From positions 5,326-69,325 of the forward strand of contig CAVUYQ010000034.1 in the NCBI GenBank assembly GCA_963745765.1: a stretch of 64,000 nucleotides of DNA, given 5' to 3'. Position numbers and translations under genes: made by a program. The stretch's first letter is position 1; each line of letters begins with the position of its first letter. This document shows positions 1-10,900 of this stretch, piece after piece. Below the pieces are notes generated by a model. It had not been told where the DNA came from. It saw only the letters and a program-made list of their open reading frames with translations, and did no database searches. Source of the stretch: an uncultured delta proteobacterium (lineage in GTDB: Bacteria; Desulfobacterota; Desulfobulbia; Desulfobulbales; Desulfocapsaceae).

Positions 1-317
1 TTTTTAGGTATCGATACAATAGGAAGGCAGTAGCAAGGCCAAAGGCCAAATGAATGTATTTGGGAACGATATCATTGTTGAAATAGAGAGCTCCCATATA
101 GAGAATATCCAGGTTCATCGGGTAATAAGAAAAAACCAGATCGGGTATCTCGTATATTCCTCCGTTTTGCAGATATAGTTTTGGAATAGCTAAGATGATG
201 AATCAGTGCGTCACGACTGACCGGGGGAGTTGCATTGAGAAGAAAAAGAGAAAAAATCAGCGCACAGAGAAGGACTGAGAGGATTACTATCGGTATTTTG
301 TTATTTTCTCGTTTCAC
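1..317 (-). pseudogene. GT-C / PMT_2-family (ArnT/GT39-like) membrane glycosyltransferase, N-terminal part, runs off window start, frame-disrupted
   Basis: ORF 72..317 gives a TM helix then PPVSRDALIHHL. The family-typical continuation (LAIPKLYLQNGGIYEIPDLV, then SYYPMNLDILYMGALYFNNDIVPKYIHLAFGL) is readable only in the other two minus frames between about 1 and 190, so there are at least 2 frame changes. Confidence 0.55.
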
Positions 318-1490
318 TTTCTTCAGCGCGTTCCAGGATTGATTTCAGTACATCAGGTGGAATGGATCCTGTATAAATTTCATCGTCGATGATAAAAGTG
401 GGAGTCGCAAGAATACGAAGCTTCATGCCGGAGCGTATATCACGGTCGAGCTGCTCTCTTACCGCAGGATGTGACAGCGCGGCGACGAGTTCGCCGGATG
501 GTATGCCTGTTTTTTCTGCAAGGTATTGCGTGTCAAAAGATTCCTTTTTCCTGCCGATTTCAAAAAGGACATCATTCATTTCCCAAAATTTATCCTTCGA
601 TGCATGCATAGATGGCCAGCAGAGCCATCTTCCCTGAACCAACATGAAACGGATCGGTGACGACGGTAGGATTAAATTCGTGGTCAAGCGGATAATGTCG
701 ATGAACAAGCCTAAGAGTATCTGGATATTGAGCGACAAGACTTACGCAGCATACGATGGGTCTTTGCACATTGAAAGCACTGATAATCACTGTATTCTTC
801 TATGGTTACCTCGGGATTTTCAGCGCCTATCCAGGGATGTCCGTCAGAGGTAATTCCGGTTTTCAGCTCAATATTGACCGGCGGGTTTTCCAGAATCCAA
901 TATTCAGGTAAAAAAAATTGTAAGATGCCGAAAAGGAGCAAGAGATGATAAGGAGACGAGAAAACGAGTTTGTTTCGAAGATATATTGAATTGAAGCGAT
1001 GAAATCTTTACGAAAAGATTTCCTGTCGAGTCGTCGATACACAAGAATGCTGAAATAGAACAGAAAGAAGTTTATCGCAAAGCAGGTAAGACAGAGGATG
1101 CAGTAGGAGTGAATCTTGGTTGATGAAATATAACTGAAAAAAAGTGAGATGAGCGTGTAAAACCGCCGAGGAGAACAAGTAAAGCCCACAGGATGATGAT
1201 TTTTGCTGTCGGCTTGAGCCAGAGGTGAAAGAAGCAGTGAGGAAAATCAGATAACCCAACAACCCGTAATGGGAGACAGGAATTCCCCAGAAAATTGACC
1301 AGGGACTCTGGGCAACAGTGTCGCAATTAATAGCCCGGGAAATTGCACAGAAACTGGAATAGTTAAGTCGGTATAAATCCAATAATGCGTAAGGCACAGA
1401 TAGGCAGCAACACCAAGACCAGCGCAACTAAGAATTACAAGTAGGGAGAAAAGAGAATTAGTAAATCCGATTAGAAATGATTTTCATCAT
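301..1490 (-). pseudogene. VKOR (vitamin K epoxide reductase)-DsbA thioredoxin-fold fusion, multiply frame-disrupted
   Basis: VKOR motifs FCAISRAINCDTVAQSPWSIFWGIPVSHYGLLGY (ORF 1008..1427) and IHSYCILCL (863..1189). DsbA part has the CFQC active site (711..941), RLVHRHYPL (590..790) and the C-terminus ATPTFIIDDEIYTGSIP (301..738). The pieces lie in all three minus frames. The N-terminus MMKIISNRIY is followed by an in-frame TAA at 1458..1460. Confidence 0.75.
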
Positions 1491-1590
1491 CAGGCGGATA
1501 TTTCAGAGTTTACTTGTTATCAGAATCCTTGATCAATGTCATCTGAGATGACCAAGTTCAGTTGAGAGAAAAGATAAAAGTAATTCCCGT

Positions 1591-3677
1591 TCAAGGGGAC
1601 ATGTTACGTAAAGTTCTTCTTTTCTCGTGATTAGTCAGTGGTTTGACAAGTACCGGAAGGGGATGATATTTGAGTGCGCGCTGCAGTTCTGCTTTTGCTC
1701 TGTTGTTCATCTTTGTCCAGTAAGGCATTCTCGATTCGGGCAAGTGCCAAGACATTTGTTTTCTTTTCCATAGTAGAGTGCTCGTCCATAAAAGAAACGG
1801 GCTTTATCATGGTAACCGAGCATAGAGAAACTTTTACCTAAATGGAGATAAATAGATCGGGACGGTAATGCCCATTTTTTAGGGCCAGCCTGCATAAATT
1901 CCAGGGCTTTGCCAGGATTATCGGTCCAGAGGTTAACAAGGGCGAGAAGATTCCAGCAGTCGGGGTGCTGATATCCAGCCCGTAAAACAGCAGTGATCAC
2001 TTTTGCTGCCTGTCTGAAATCACCGAGCCAAAAGAGAAACTTGGCGTAATTGTAATATAATTTAGGATCTTCTGGATCATCTTGTATTGCTTTTTCGTAT
2101 AATGTCAGGCTTTGTCATATTCGTGCAACTTCACATGAAGTGCCGCTACATTCCCTAACATTCCTGCGTCGAGGTCAACTCTTTCATTCGATTTGATAAA
2201 CAGCATCTTGAGAGTATTTAAGCGCCTTGCGAAGATCTGGTTCTGTCTGTTCCTTCCAAACCATAATACAATGCCAGGCTGGAATGACGGCCTTTGTGAT
2301 TGAGGCGCTTTTGAGGCAGCATCAAGCCAGAGCGTTTCCGGGGTTCTCCAGTCTTTATTTCTGGTGAAGGTGCCAAAGGCAAATGATGAAAGGAGTAGTG
2401 CTACAAAGAGGATCACAGTACTTTTTATGAGAATGGTGTTTTTTGTTTTCTCGATACAGACACTGATGAACTGAGCTACCGGCAGAAAAAGAAAGAGTGA
2501 CGGTAGGTAATTGCGGTGCTCAAATAACAGTTCCAGTGGCAGGATGGTCGATTCAATAAGGTGATTGAGGTAGAAAAAAATAATGGCCAAAGAGAATAGT
2601 GGTTGGCGGCGGAAAAGCAATAGTGCTGAAACAAAGAGTGACAGATTGAAACAGATAGCAAACTATTGTCGTTACCGGTGAAAAAAGTGACGTTGACAAA
2701 ATGATATCGTGTTCTATAGAGAGCCTTCCCGGGAGAGGAAAGAAAATTTGGGAAAGGTAAAAAACCACAATTCGCTGTTCCGTCAGTAATCGCTGCCATT
2801 GGGTGAAAGGGCGATGTGAAAAATACTTCAGGATCAAAAAGACTTAAAAAAATAGTTGGCTTGAGGATCAGTGTTACTGCAAGGCAGAGAATACAGATAA
2901 CCAATAATTTTGATAAACAGCCAGATGTTTTTCCGGGAGATATCGACCTGGAAGAAGAGAAATTCCAGGAGCAGGAATGGTGAGTATTATTATAACTGCG
3001 TTTTCTTTAGAGAAAAATGCAGATAAAAAACAAAGTGCTGAAAGAATAATATGAAGGGGCGTACAATTCCACGGGGTAGAAGTCTTGCTTTAAGGTAAAA
3101 AAGGATCGCCAGTAGTGTGAAAAACGTTGCCAGACTGGCCATGCGCTGAACAATATAGGTGACTGCCTGCACCTGTATCGGATTGAGGGCCCAGAACAGG
3201 CTGCACAGATAGCGATAAAAGTGATTTGAAATGGTGTATAACGGCCCTGCAATCGCGGCGTCTTGAAAAGGGTGACAATGACGAGAAAAAGAAAGCAAGG
3301 TCGAGCCCAGGTGAATCAGAAAATTAACAACATGGTACCCGGTAACGTCATTCTTCTCCAAAGAACCAGTTGAGTCCCAGTGTTAATCGCGCCAATGGTC
3401 TGGACATAATGCGGTAGTTTTGTCTGCCGGGATTAGCTGTCATGGAATCCCAGACCGCTTTATTGGTGAATTCAGTCAGATGCTGATAGGGATTCTCCAG
3501 GATATTTGGAACGTCATCAAATTGCCAGGATGCCTGGAATGAATTGCTGTAGGCAAGAAGGAGCAGAAGGGATGCCAGAAGGAGAAGTCGACAGTGATTT
3601 TGTTTAGAAATGACGGGAGAAGGATGTGTTCTGCATGGGTTAGCGAAAATAAATAAGATGGGAGAGATCATTTTCAT
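1591..3677 (-). pseudogene. TMTC-like membrane protein (PMT_2-type GT-C N-terminal region + C-terminal TPR repeats), multiply frame-disrupted
   Basis: N-terminus SNSFQASWQFDDVPNILENP (3348..3677); GYHVVNFLIHL...NPIQVQAVTYIVQRMASLATFF (2990..3361); TM segments (2105..2904); TPR-like tail (1707..2000, probably continuing to a stop at 1591..1593). Pieces are in different frames. SD GGGAGGG lies upstream of the ATG at 3677. Confidence 0.65.
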
Positions 3678-3718
3678 ACCCTCCCATCTTATTGTAACTG
3701 CTAGGTAATGTCTAGCAT

Positions 3719-4147
3719 TTATGCTGTACTACTTATTGCTTTCATCTCTTTTACATAGGTGGATTTGCATCCCAGCCAGCTTCCTCTAGTAGTGCTGAAT
3801 GGGTTTGCATCTGTGTAATCTGCAGGACAGCGGCCTGAAGCATCATTAACTGTTACGGTAATGACGACACTCGGATCAGTGGCCTCAATGTCGTAAGCAT
3901 TGACGCCCGGTTTGAATGTCTGATCACCTTTGGCTATTGCAGTATGGGTCGGTACGGCAAAGTAGTCGGCAATTGAGGCGATAATGTTGTTTGCATCAGA
4001 CTCAACACCTGAGCAGAACGACTTGTTACGATAGGCGATGAAGTTCGGGATGGCGATAGCTGCCAGGATACCGATGATAGCGATAACGATCATCAGCTCG
4101 ATCAGGGTAAAACCTTTTTCGTTGTGATTAATTCTTAATTTTCTCAT
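3719..4147 (-). CDS. pilA: type IVa major pilin
   Basis: Prepilin leader [12 protein letters not shown] followed by [29 protein letters not shown]-terminal Cys pair CPADY...WLGC. 142 aa, intact. Confidence 0.92.
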   Translation of the reverse strand: MRKLRINHNEKGFTLIELMIVIAIIGILAAIAIPNFIAYRNKSFCSGVESDANNIIASIADYFAVPTHTAIAKGDQTFKPGVNAYDIEATDPSVVITVTVNDASGRCPADYTDANPFSTTRGSWLGCKSTYVKEMKAISSTA

Positions 4148-4224
4148 GATCTTTCTCCTTGTTTATTTTGGTTCAGTTAACGACTTAGCCTGCGAGTGGT
4201 CTAAACTCATTTGATCCAAAGATA

Positions 4225-4240
4225 TGCAAGTGTGATGCCA
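4225..4240 (-). promoter_or_regulatory. sigma54 (-24/-12) promoter of pilA
   Basis: The minus strand reads TGGCATCACACTTGCA, matching TGGCAC-N5-TTGCA with correct spacing, about 78 nt upstream of the pilA ATG. Confidence 0.7.
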
Positions 4241-4554
4241 TTTTGTTTTGTGATTCTGTTTTTGCATTGAAATACATCTGATTTCAATGTAATAGCGTGG
4301 TTTCTCTAGGTCGATCACGTTCTGCTTCTCATGATTTTCATAAGGTTCGTCCTCTGCTCGATGACATTATTTGGTCGTTAGGTGACAAAAAACGTCACTC
4401 GCGGCAGGTCTGAATGACAATTTTGTGTTCGGGTTTTTGATGAACAATGGGCACGTAACGATTCCCCTGGCGATGAAAACGAGAAAAAGGTTTTAATTAT
4501 CCATAGACTATGAAACAATTCATTGGGTAGACTCCTGACGCCAATAGAGGAATA

Positions 4555-6092
4555 ATGCTTTTTAAAGGATTGAAGCTTCATATTACGGCTACCTTTCTCG
4601 GGGGGCTGACCATTGCCATCGTTCTCTGCAATATGGTTACGGTCATGTTCTGGCAGAAAGCCATGGTGCGCTCTGAAATAGAAAATTCACGGACACTGCT
4701 TAAGATGGCTGTCCGGCAGGAGTCCGGTGGAAATGGCGTCGTCGGAAATCCTCAAGCCCGTGGCAGTACCGGAGATTGTGAAAACAGCAGCGGAGGCTGC
4801 CTGAGCACGGTGTTTTTTGACGGCGAAAAACTGCTCGATAATTCCTATCCGGAGCTTGCGGCTGTGATGTCGGCCTCTGCCCGTGAGTCGATACAATCAC
4901 AATCAGGAGTGGTCGACGCTCAAGGGCAGTACCTGGGCGGTCTATTCTTTTGCCAAAAAGTACGTGATCCTGGCCGAACCTGATTTTTCAGATGATAATT
5001 CAGTTGGTTCGCAGGTGATGGTCGTCAGGCTTGAACCACTCTATAAGGCGATCAGGAAAGATCAGGAAACGATTTTTGTCTACCTGCTCGTCAATGCGCT
5101 GATATTGACGGTGCTCGGCCTGTTCAGAATGATCAAGCGGTGTTGTTAAGCCCGTTGAGCGAATCGTCAGGCTTGCCAATACCTACCGTGATGAGGAGCA
5201 TCTTTTTTTCACCAGTGAAAATGAACAAAACGAGTTCAGTCAGCTGACCATGGCGCTTAACACCATGCTCATGCGAATTGAGTCGGATAAAAAGGCGTTA
5301 AACGACTCCATAGCATCGCTTGAACAGACCAATGAAGAACTGATCAGGACGCAGAAAGAGATGGTCCGGGCCGAAAAACTTGCTTCAGTCGGCCGGCTGT
5401 CGGCCGGGCTCGCTCATGAAATAGGTAATCCAATCGGCATTGTGCAGGGTTATATAGAACTGCTGCAACAGGATGGGGTGAGTGCTGAAGAGAAGGTACA
5501 ATTTGCTGAACGCGCCTTGTCGGAACTTGATAGAATAAATCGTTTAATCAGGCAATTGCTTAATTATGCCGGCTCATCGCCCGAGAAAATCGCCGAAATT
5601 ATCATTGACGATGACCTGTTTTCCGGGCGTTTGGGAAATCGTCGCCCTGGAAAAGGGAAGCAGCGCTCTTACCATTGAAAAAGATATCGCACCGGGGCTG
5701 GTCGTCCAGGGGGACCGGGATGGGCTGCGCCAGGTTTTCCTGAACGGACTGCTCAATGCTGTCGATGCGTTACTAGCCGCAGGGCGGGAAGATGGAGTCA
5801 ATAAGAATTTCTGCAATCAGAAAAGCATCAACTGCACCTGGCAGTGAAGGATACGATACTGATCAGGATAATCGATAACGGCATCGGTATAGATCCCGCC
5901 GAGATGGAAAAGGTATTTGACCCATTCTATACCACAAAAGAAACAGGGAAAGGTACGGGACTCGGCCTGTTTGTCTCGCACGAGATAATTGAGGCACATA
6001 AAGGGAAAATGTGGCTGGAAAACAGAGAAGGCGGCGGAGTGATCCTGACTATTAGTTTACCGATGGATACGGCGGCAGAAAGCAATGAATGA
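4555..6092 (+). pseudogene. pilS: PilS-like sensor histidine kinase, frame-disrupted at about 4 sites
   Basis: TM N-terminus (4555..). H-box SAGLAHEIGNPI (5250..5678). N-box region QVFLNGLLNAVDAL (5566..5847). G-boxes IIDNGIGI and GTGLGL (5844..6092). Frame changes near 4950, 5140, 5625 and 5805. Confidence 0.8.
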
Positions 6093-7478
6093 AATGAAAC
6101 TTCTCATTGTTGATGATGAAGAGAATATGCGCCATATGCTCAAGGCCCTGGTGATGCGGCACGGCTATGCTGCGGCCACTGCGCCGGGACGGAGAAATCG
6201 CGCTGGACATGATTGCCCGGGAGCATTTCGATTTTATTCTCTGTGATGTCAAGATGCCGGGAGTCGACGGGATGATGTTTCTTGAAAAGGGGCGCGGATT
6301 CCTTAAGGACAGCACGGTTATCATGATGTCGGCATACGGCACTGTCGATCTGGCTCTTCAGGCGATGCAGGCGGGTGCCTACGATTTTATTTCCAAACCG
6401 TTCAAATCAGATGAAGTGCTGTTGACGCTTAAAAAAGCGGAAGAGCGCGAACAGCTGAGAAGGGAAAATCAGCGCCTTAAAAGGACAATAGATGAGTTCA
6501 GCCGGGAGACCTCCTTTGCCGGCATGGTTGGTGCAAGTGACAAAATGCGTCACCTGGTCGAACTTGGTCTTAAAGTAGCGCAGTATGATACGACCGTTCT
6601 TATTACCGGAGAGTCAGGTACGGGGAAGGAACTCATCGCCCGTGGCATCCACACGAACTCGCCGCGAAGCGAGAGAACGTTTGTCGCCATAAACTGTGCC
6701 AGCCTGCCGGAAAACCTGCTTGAAAGTGAACTGTTCGGTCATGTCAGGGGGGCTTTCACCGGGGCCGATTACCAGCATAAGGGACTCTTCAGGGAAGCCG
6801 ACGGTTCAACACTTTTTCTTGATGAAATCGGAGAGTTGCCGCTTACCATGCAGGTCAAGCTGTTGCGGGTTCTTCAGGAGCGGGAAATTCGTCCTGTCGG
6901 TTCGGCCCGATCAGAGAAAGTCAATGTGCGTGTTCTCGCCGCAACTTCGAAGGACCTTGCTTATCAGGTAGCACAGGGAGCCTTCCGCGAGGATCTCTAC
7001 TATCGGCTCAATGTCATGCAGTTACGTCTTCCACCCTTACGGGAACGCCAGGAAGACATTCCCCTGCTCTGCCATCACTTTATAAAAAAATTTAATAGAA
7101 AATTTGAAACGAAGGTCAGCTGACGTCTCCAAACTGACGATGGGAATCCTGCTCAGCCATAAATGGCCGGGCAACGTTCGCGAACTGGAAAACGTCATTC
7201 AACGGGGGCTGGTTCTTGCCGCCGGCGAATATATAGAAATAGAGGATTTGCCTCGTGGCCTGAGGTCTCTCAGCCAGGCGGATACAAGCGATAGCTGGCT
7301 TGGCATGGCTATGGAAAGCCTGTCATTGAAGACCGCACATAAACTGCTTGAAGAGAAATTTATACGGCTGGCACTTTCCGGGGCTGACGGCAACAAGAGC
7401 CAGGCCGCCCGAACGCTTGAGATCAGTTACCCCTCGTTACTCAGTAAGATCAAAGAGTACGGCATAGATGGGGACTGA
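6085..7478 (+). pseudogene. pilR: PilR/NtrC-family sigma54-dependent response regulator, 2 frame disruptions
   Basis: Receiver MKLLIVDDEENMRHML...[14 protein letters not shown]+ domain with [14 protein letters not shown] and ESELFGH. C-terminal WPGNVRELEN plus an HTH. Frame changes near 6186 (GGG run) and near 7120. Confidence 0.85.
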
Positions 7479-7734
7479 GTCCTGAATGGTGGTCACGGTG
7501 GATCCCTTTCAACCAAATTCATCCTCGGCGACACGAGGCTTCCCTATCATGACCGTGACCGTGATGTCGCCCATAGCGAGTCGGCGAGCAGGTCATGGGA
7601 TCAATGCAACCAAGCGTGCTATCAAGGCTGCTGTTTCAGGAGATACTTCATTTCGTACTAATGTCGGTGTTTTCATATGCAAAACCTCCTTGGTTGCAAT
7701 ATGAAAACATTATAAACGGTATTTTGGACTATTC

Positions 7735-7881
7735 TAGGAGCGTGTCGGAGAAAGCCCTTTTTCTCCATCTCATCGTTATTTTAAAAAAATCAATGCTCGC
7801 AATAGTAGGTATATGGCTCCGCTTGATTTTCTTAAAATGTCTCGATCTGAATAAAAATTATATTTCTCCGACAGGCTCCTA
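7735..7881. mobile_element. MITE-like element, family 1, full-length copy A (147 bp)
   Basis: Terminal inverted repeats GGAGCGTGTCGGAG / CTCCGACAGGCTCC flanked by TA on both sides. Internal 8-bp stem 7786..7793 / 7823..7830. Near-identical core to copy B at 41669..41819. Confidence 0.75.
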
Positions 7882-7904
7882 TCTCCCTAATTAATCCTGA
7901 ACTT

Positions 7905-10900
7905 TTATTCGCAATCATCACACCAACCTACCTTGCCGCTTTTCGGTGGTTTAATTGGAAGATTTTCCTGGCCGATCTCAATAATTTCGCCAGTACTCGT
8001 CTGGATAAAGGCTTTCGCATCTGAGCTGCCACCTCCGGAATGCATACTTGGAGTCACGGCCAGCCCCATACCCAGGGAGAGTTTATCGCTCACCACAGTG
8101 CGACTATCAAGGGTATAGGTGCCGAAAACATTTTCATACCAGGCGGTTCCCGTCTGGTAGTGCACACCATAGAGGTTACTCATTCCCTCGGCGATACACA
8201 GGTCGGCAAAGGGCTGGTAGGATGTAAAGGTGATCAGACCGCCAAGCAATGCCGCTTGACCGACAACTCGCTCGCGAGCATCCTGCAGTTCCCGGTACCA
8301 GCCATCCACTCCAATTGTGGTGTCGCTCTGGGGGCAAGTCCCATCGAAATCCCTGCTTTCACCGGCAATATACTCCAGCAGGGCTTCATAGGAATAATAG
8401 GCTATCCCATCCACAGTACCAACGGGAGTAAGAAAAGCAAGACTGCAGTAATCTGGATCGGCAATGTCGTTAGTTATAGATCCGCTTGGGCAAAAAACGA
8501 CAGGCTCTTTAGGTACGTTCAGCATAAACGATTTACTTTCAGCAACCTTAATATTATCGGTACGGACAAGACCTCTCGATCCGGCTGGAAAATCTGGTCT
8601 AAGAAACCCAGTTCCATCCCAATCATTCTCGCCCCAGGTCATTTCGCAACTGGTATCAAGAGGTTCCTTTACGCCAAAAAAACGCTGGACTGTGAGATCA
8701 GTTTTATCATCAGTGTCAAAGAAACGGCCAGTACCAAAATAGATCCAGAAATTGGTATAGTCCCAACCGGCAGCTAAACCACCGGTCACCGGAGCGAGAG
8801 TATCGATGAGTTTTTCAATACGCCACTGATCAGGAGTTGTAACAATCTGGGTGCCGCTGCTGGTGGCTCTAGTAACTAGACGATATACTCCGCCACCGCC
8901 AGACCAGAATTTCGCACCATCAGAATAAGTAGAAAATCCGGTTCCGTCCACCGTGCCAAAATACACGGCATCAGATTTGTACAAGGCACCATACGTAGGA
9001 TCTGATTGGGCTTCCAGATCAAAATCTACGGTCATCATATCGGAGACAAATTTTTCTGTCGTATCTGGATCGTCTGCGTCCACCACCGGGATCACCCCTG
9101 AATCAGTCGCAGTTGGTGGCCCATTAAGGATCCTGAAACCTTCACTTCCATTTTTCAAGACACCTGTAGTGGAGTCAAGAACCATGGGCAGAACCGCCAC
9201 CTTTCCCTGCTCAGTATTTTCTCCCTTGATACTGGTCGGTCCATTGCCAAAGGCCAGATACCATTTCGTTGCACCGGCATCATCCCGCATAACCACAGCG
9301 GAAGGCATGGGAGTGGAAAAACCGAGGTCGGCATATTTATCCTTGGTTCCAACACTATCTGGCTCAGTCGTCCTGGTCATTTCACCAAGCAGTTTTGGCG
9401 GCTGTTCCGGGTTGGTGATATCAAGGATAAAATAGGAGGAGATAAACTGTCTGTCATCCCCGGTGTCCCAGGTTCCCTCTGTCGCGGCAGTAATGGGAGC
9501 ACCTCCAAAGCGCATGGCACCGACCAGAATCGTACCCCAGCCGCCTGGATGAACACAACCTTGAGCATAGGGATCAGAACATGCCAATTCTTCGGTAAAG
9601 ATCTGCATATCAAAGATTCGCGGTTCCTTATCTACAAAGTATTTATGGCTGTTGCCATCACCACTCCCATATAACGGGTCAGTCAGGCATTTCAGATGGG
9701 GCTGGAGATTATAGGGGACATAAGCCCACATCTCAGTCCCCAAGGCTGGTCCGTTGTCATCATAGGTAGTACTACCGGTAGCGCCCAGGGTCATATTTTT
9801 GTAGAATTTACTCTCATTCTCTTTATAAAAACCACCATTTACGGCATGCATCAGGCCATCATTGGCGCCGAAATAAATCATGTTACGGCGATAGCGATAA
9901 CGTTTGACAAAAGAGGCATAGGTTGCGTCCCGATAAATAGTATGGAAGGCTTCAGCCGGCTGGGCCACCAGCTTAGGAGTGGAGTGAATGATATCACCAA
10001 GACGCCACTCCGTATTGTTATAAATTGAGATTGCCGGATCACAGTCACCACGGCGGCAGCGATACACATAATCAAGCGTTCCATTCCCATTGAGATCTTC
10101 TCCCGGGTCGAGAACTGTGTTCTTGTTGGCATCCTCGGACCAATCAAGACCACGCAACCACAAAACGAAATGATTCATCTCTGTAAGGTCGGTTGGCGTT
10201 ACCTGGAAATCGTTCAGGATTGGGTATTCGGTGGGATCAGTTCCGTCTGCGGGAAAAGTATCGACAATCGAGCCATAAATGCTCCAATCAGTCGTGCTAT
10301 CCAGGTTAATAATTTCATCACTCCCGTCATGGGTTCCATCTGAATCGACAATGCCATTCTTATTTAGATCATTCCAGGTAAAGATATAGCGTCCAGTGTA
10401 AGTAGTCCAATCCCAGGTGGGCGTCACTGGGCGATTGGTGGTCAGCTCAGCGTCTGAGATTGATGCAAGTGCCTGTGCGGCAGACCATAAATAATTATTA
10501 AAGTCCTTGATCAGAATCGGCTCGTCAAATGTTCCACAATAATCAGTTGCAGTGGTATCGCAGACCTGAGGAGCAGACGACCAAGCCGAATCATTGAAAC
10601 ATATTTTGGTACTTTTACTATCGTTATCATAGTAGAAAAAGACCCGCCGATCGCCGTCCAGACAACCATTAGGCACAGCTGCTCCGGTACCGTCAGGATC
10701 TAGATCCTCACCTGCATCCAAACGCCCGTTTCCGTTGCTATCTTCACTCCACAATTTGGCATCAGGATCATAATCATCCCACATTCTCCCCTGATCATCC
10801 ATAAATAGACCGTGCACGTCACCAACCCAGGTCAGTGGATCTTTGTCAAGTCCACGCGAAACCTGGGGCCAGAAAACGGCCTGATAAACAGCTCCCTCAC

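Noticed and set aside
4148-4554. ORF 4378..4581 (minus) in the pilA-pilS intergenic region.
   Set aside because: It has no SD, overlaps the pilS start, and has a composition atypical of coding sequence. The region is better explained as the divergent promoter and regulatory region containing the sigma54 promoter.
7486-7894. Plus-strand ORFs 7486..7704 and 7595..7894, and 41592..41909, as protein-coding genes.
   Set aside because: They run through MITE copies A and B or are antisense to an SD-preceded small ORF. The shared peptide similarity between 7595..7894 and 41592..41909 simply reflects the repeated DNA.
8040-8777. Long ORFs antisense to real genes: 8040..8777 in pilY1; 17670..18233 and 18294..19088 in copA; 20507..21148 in sat; 37632..38081 opposite cytochrome c3; 51203..51682 opposite ftsE; 55472..56041 opposite fabD.
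   Set aside because: The opposite strand carries unambiguous conserved motifs in each case. The antisense products are low-complexity or Arg/Pro/Ser-rich and lack SD sequences.
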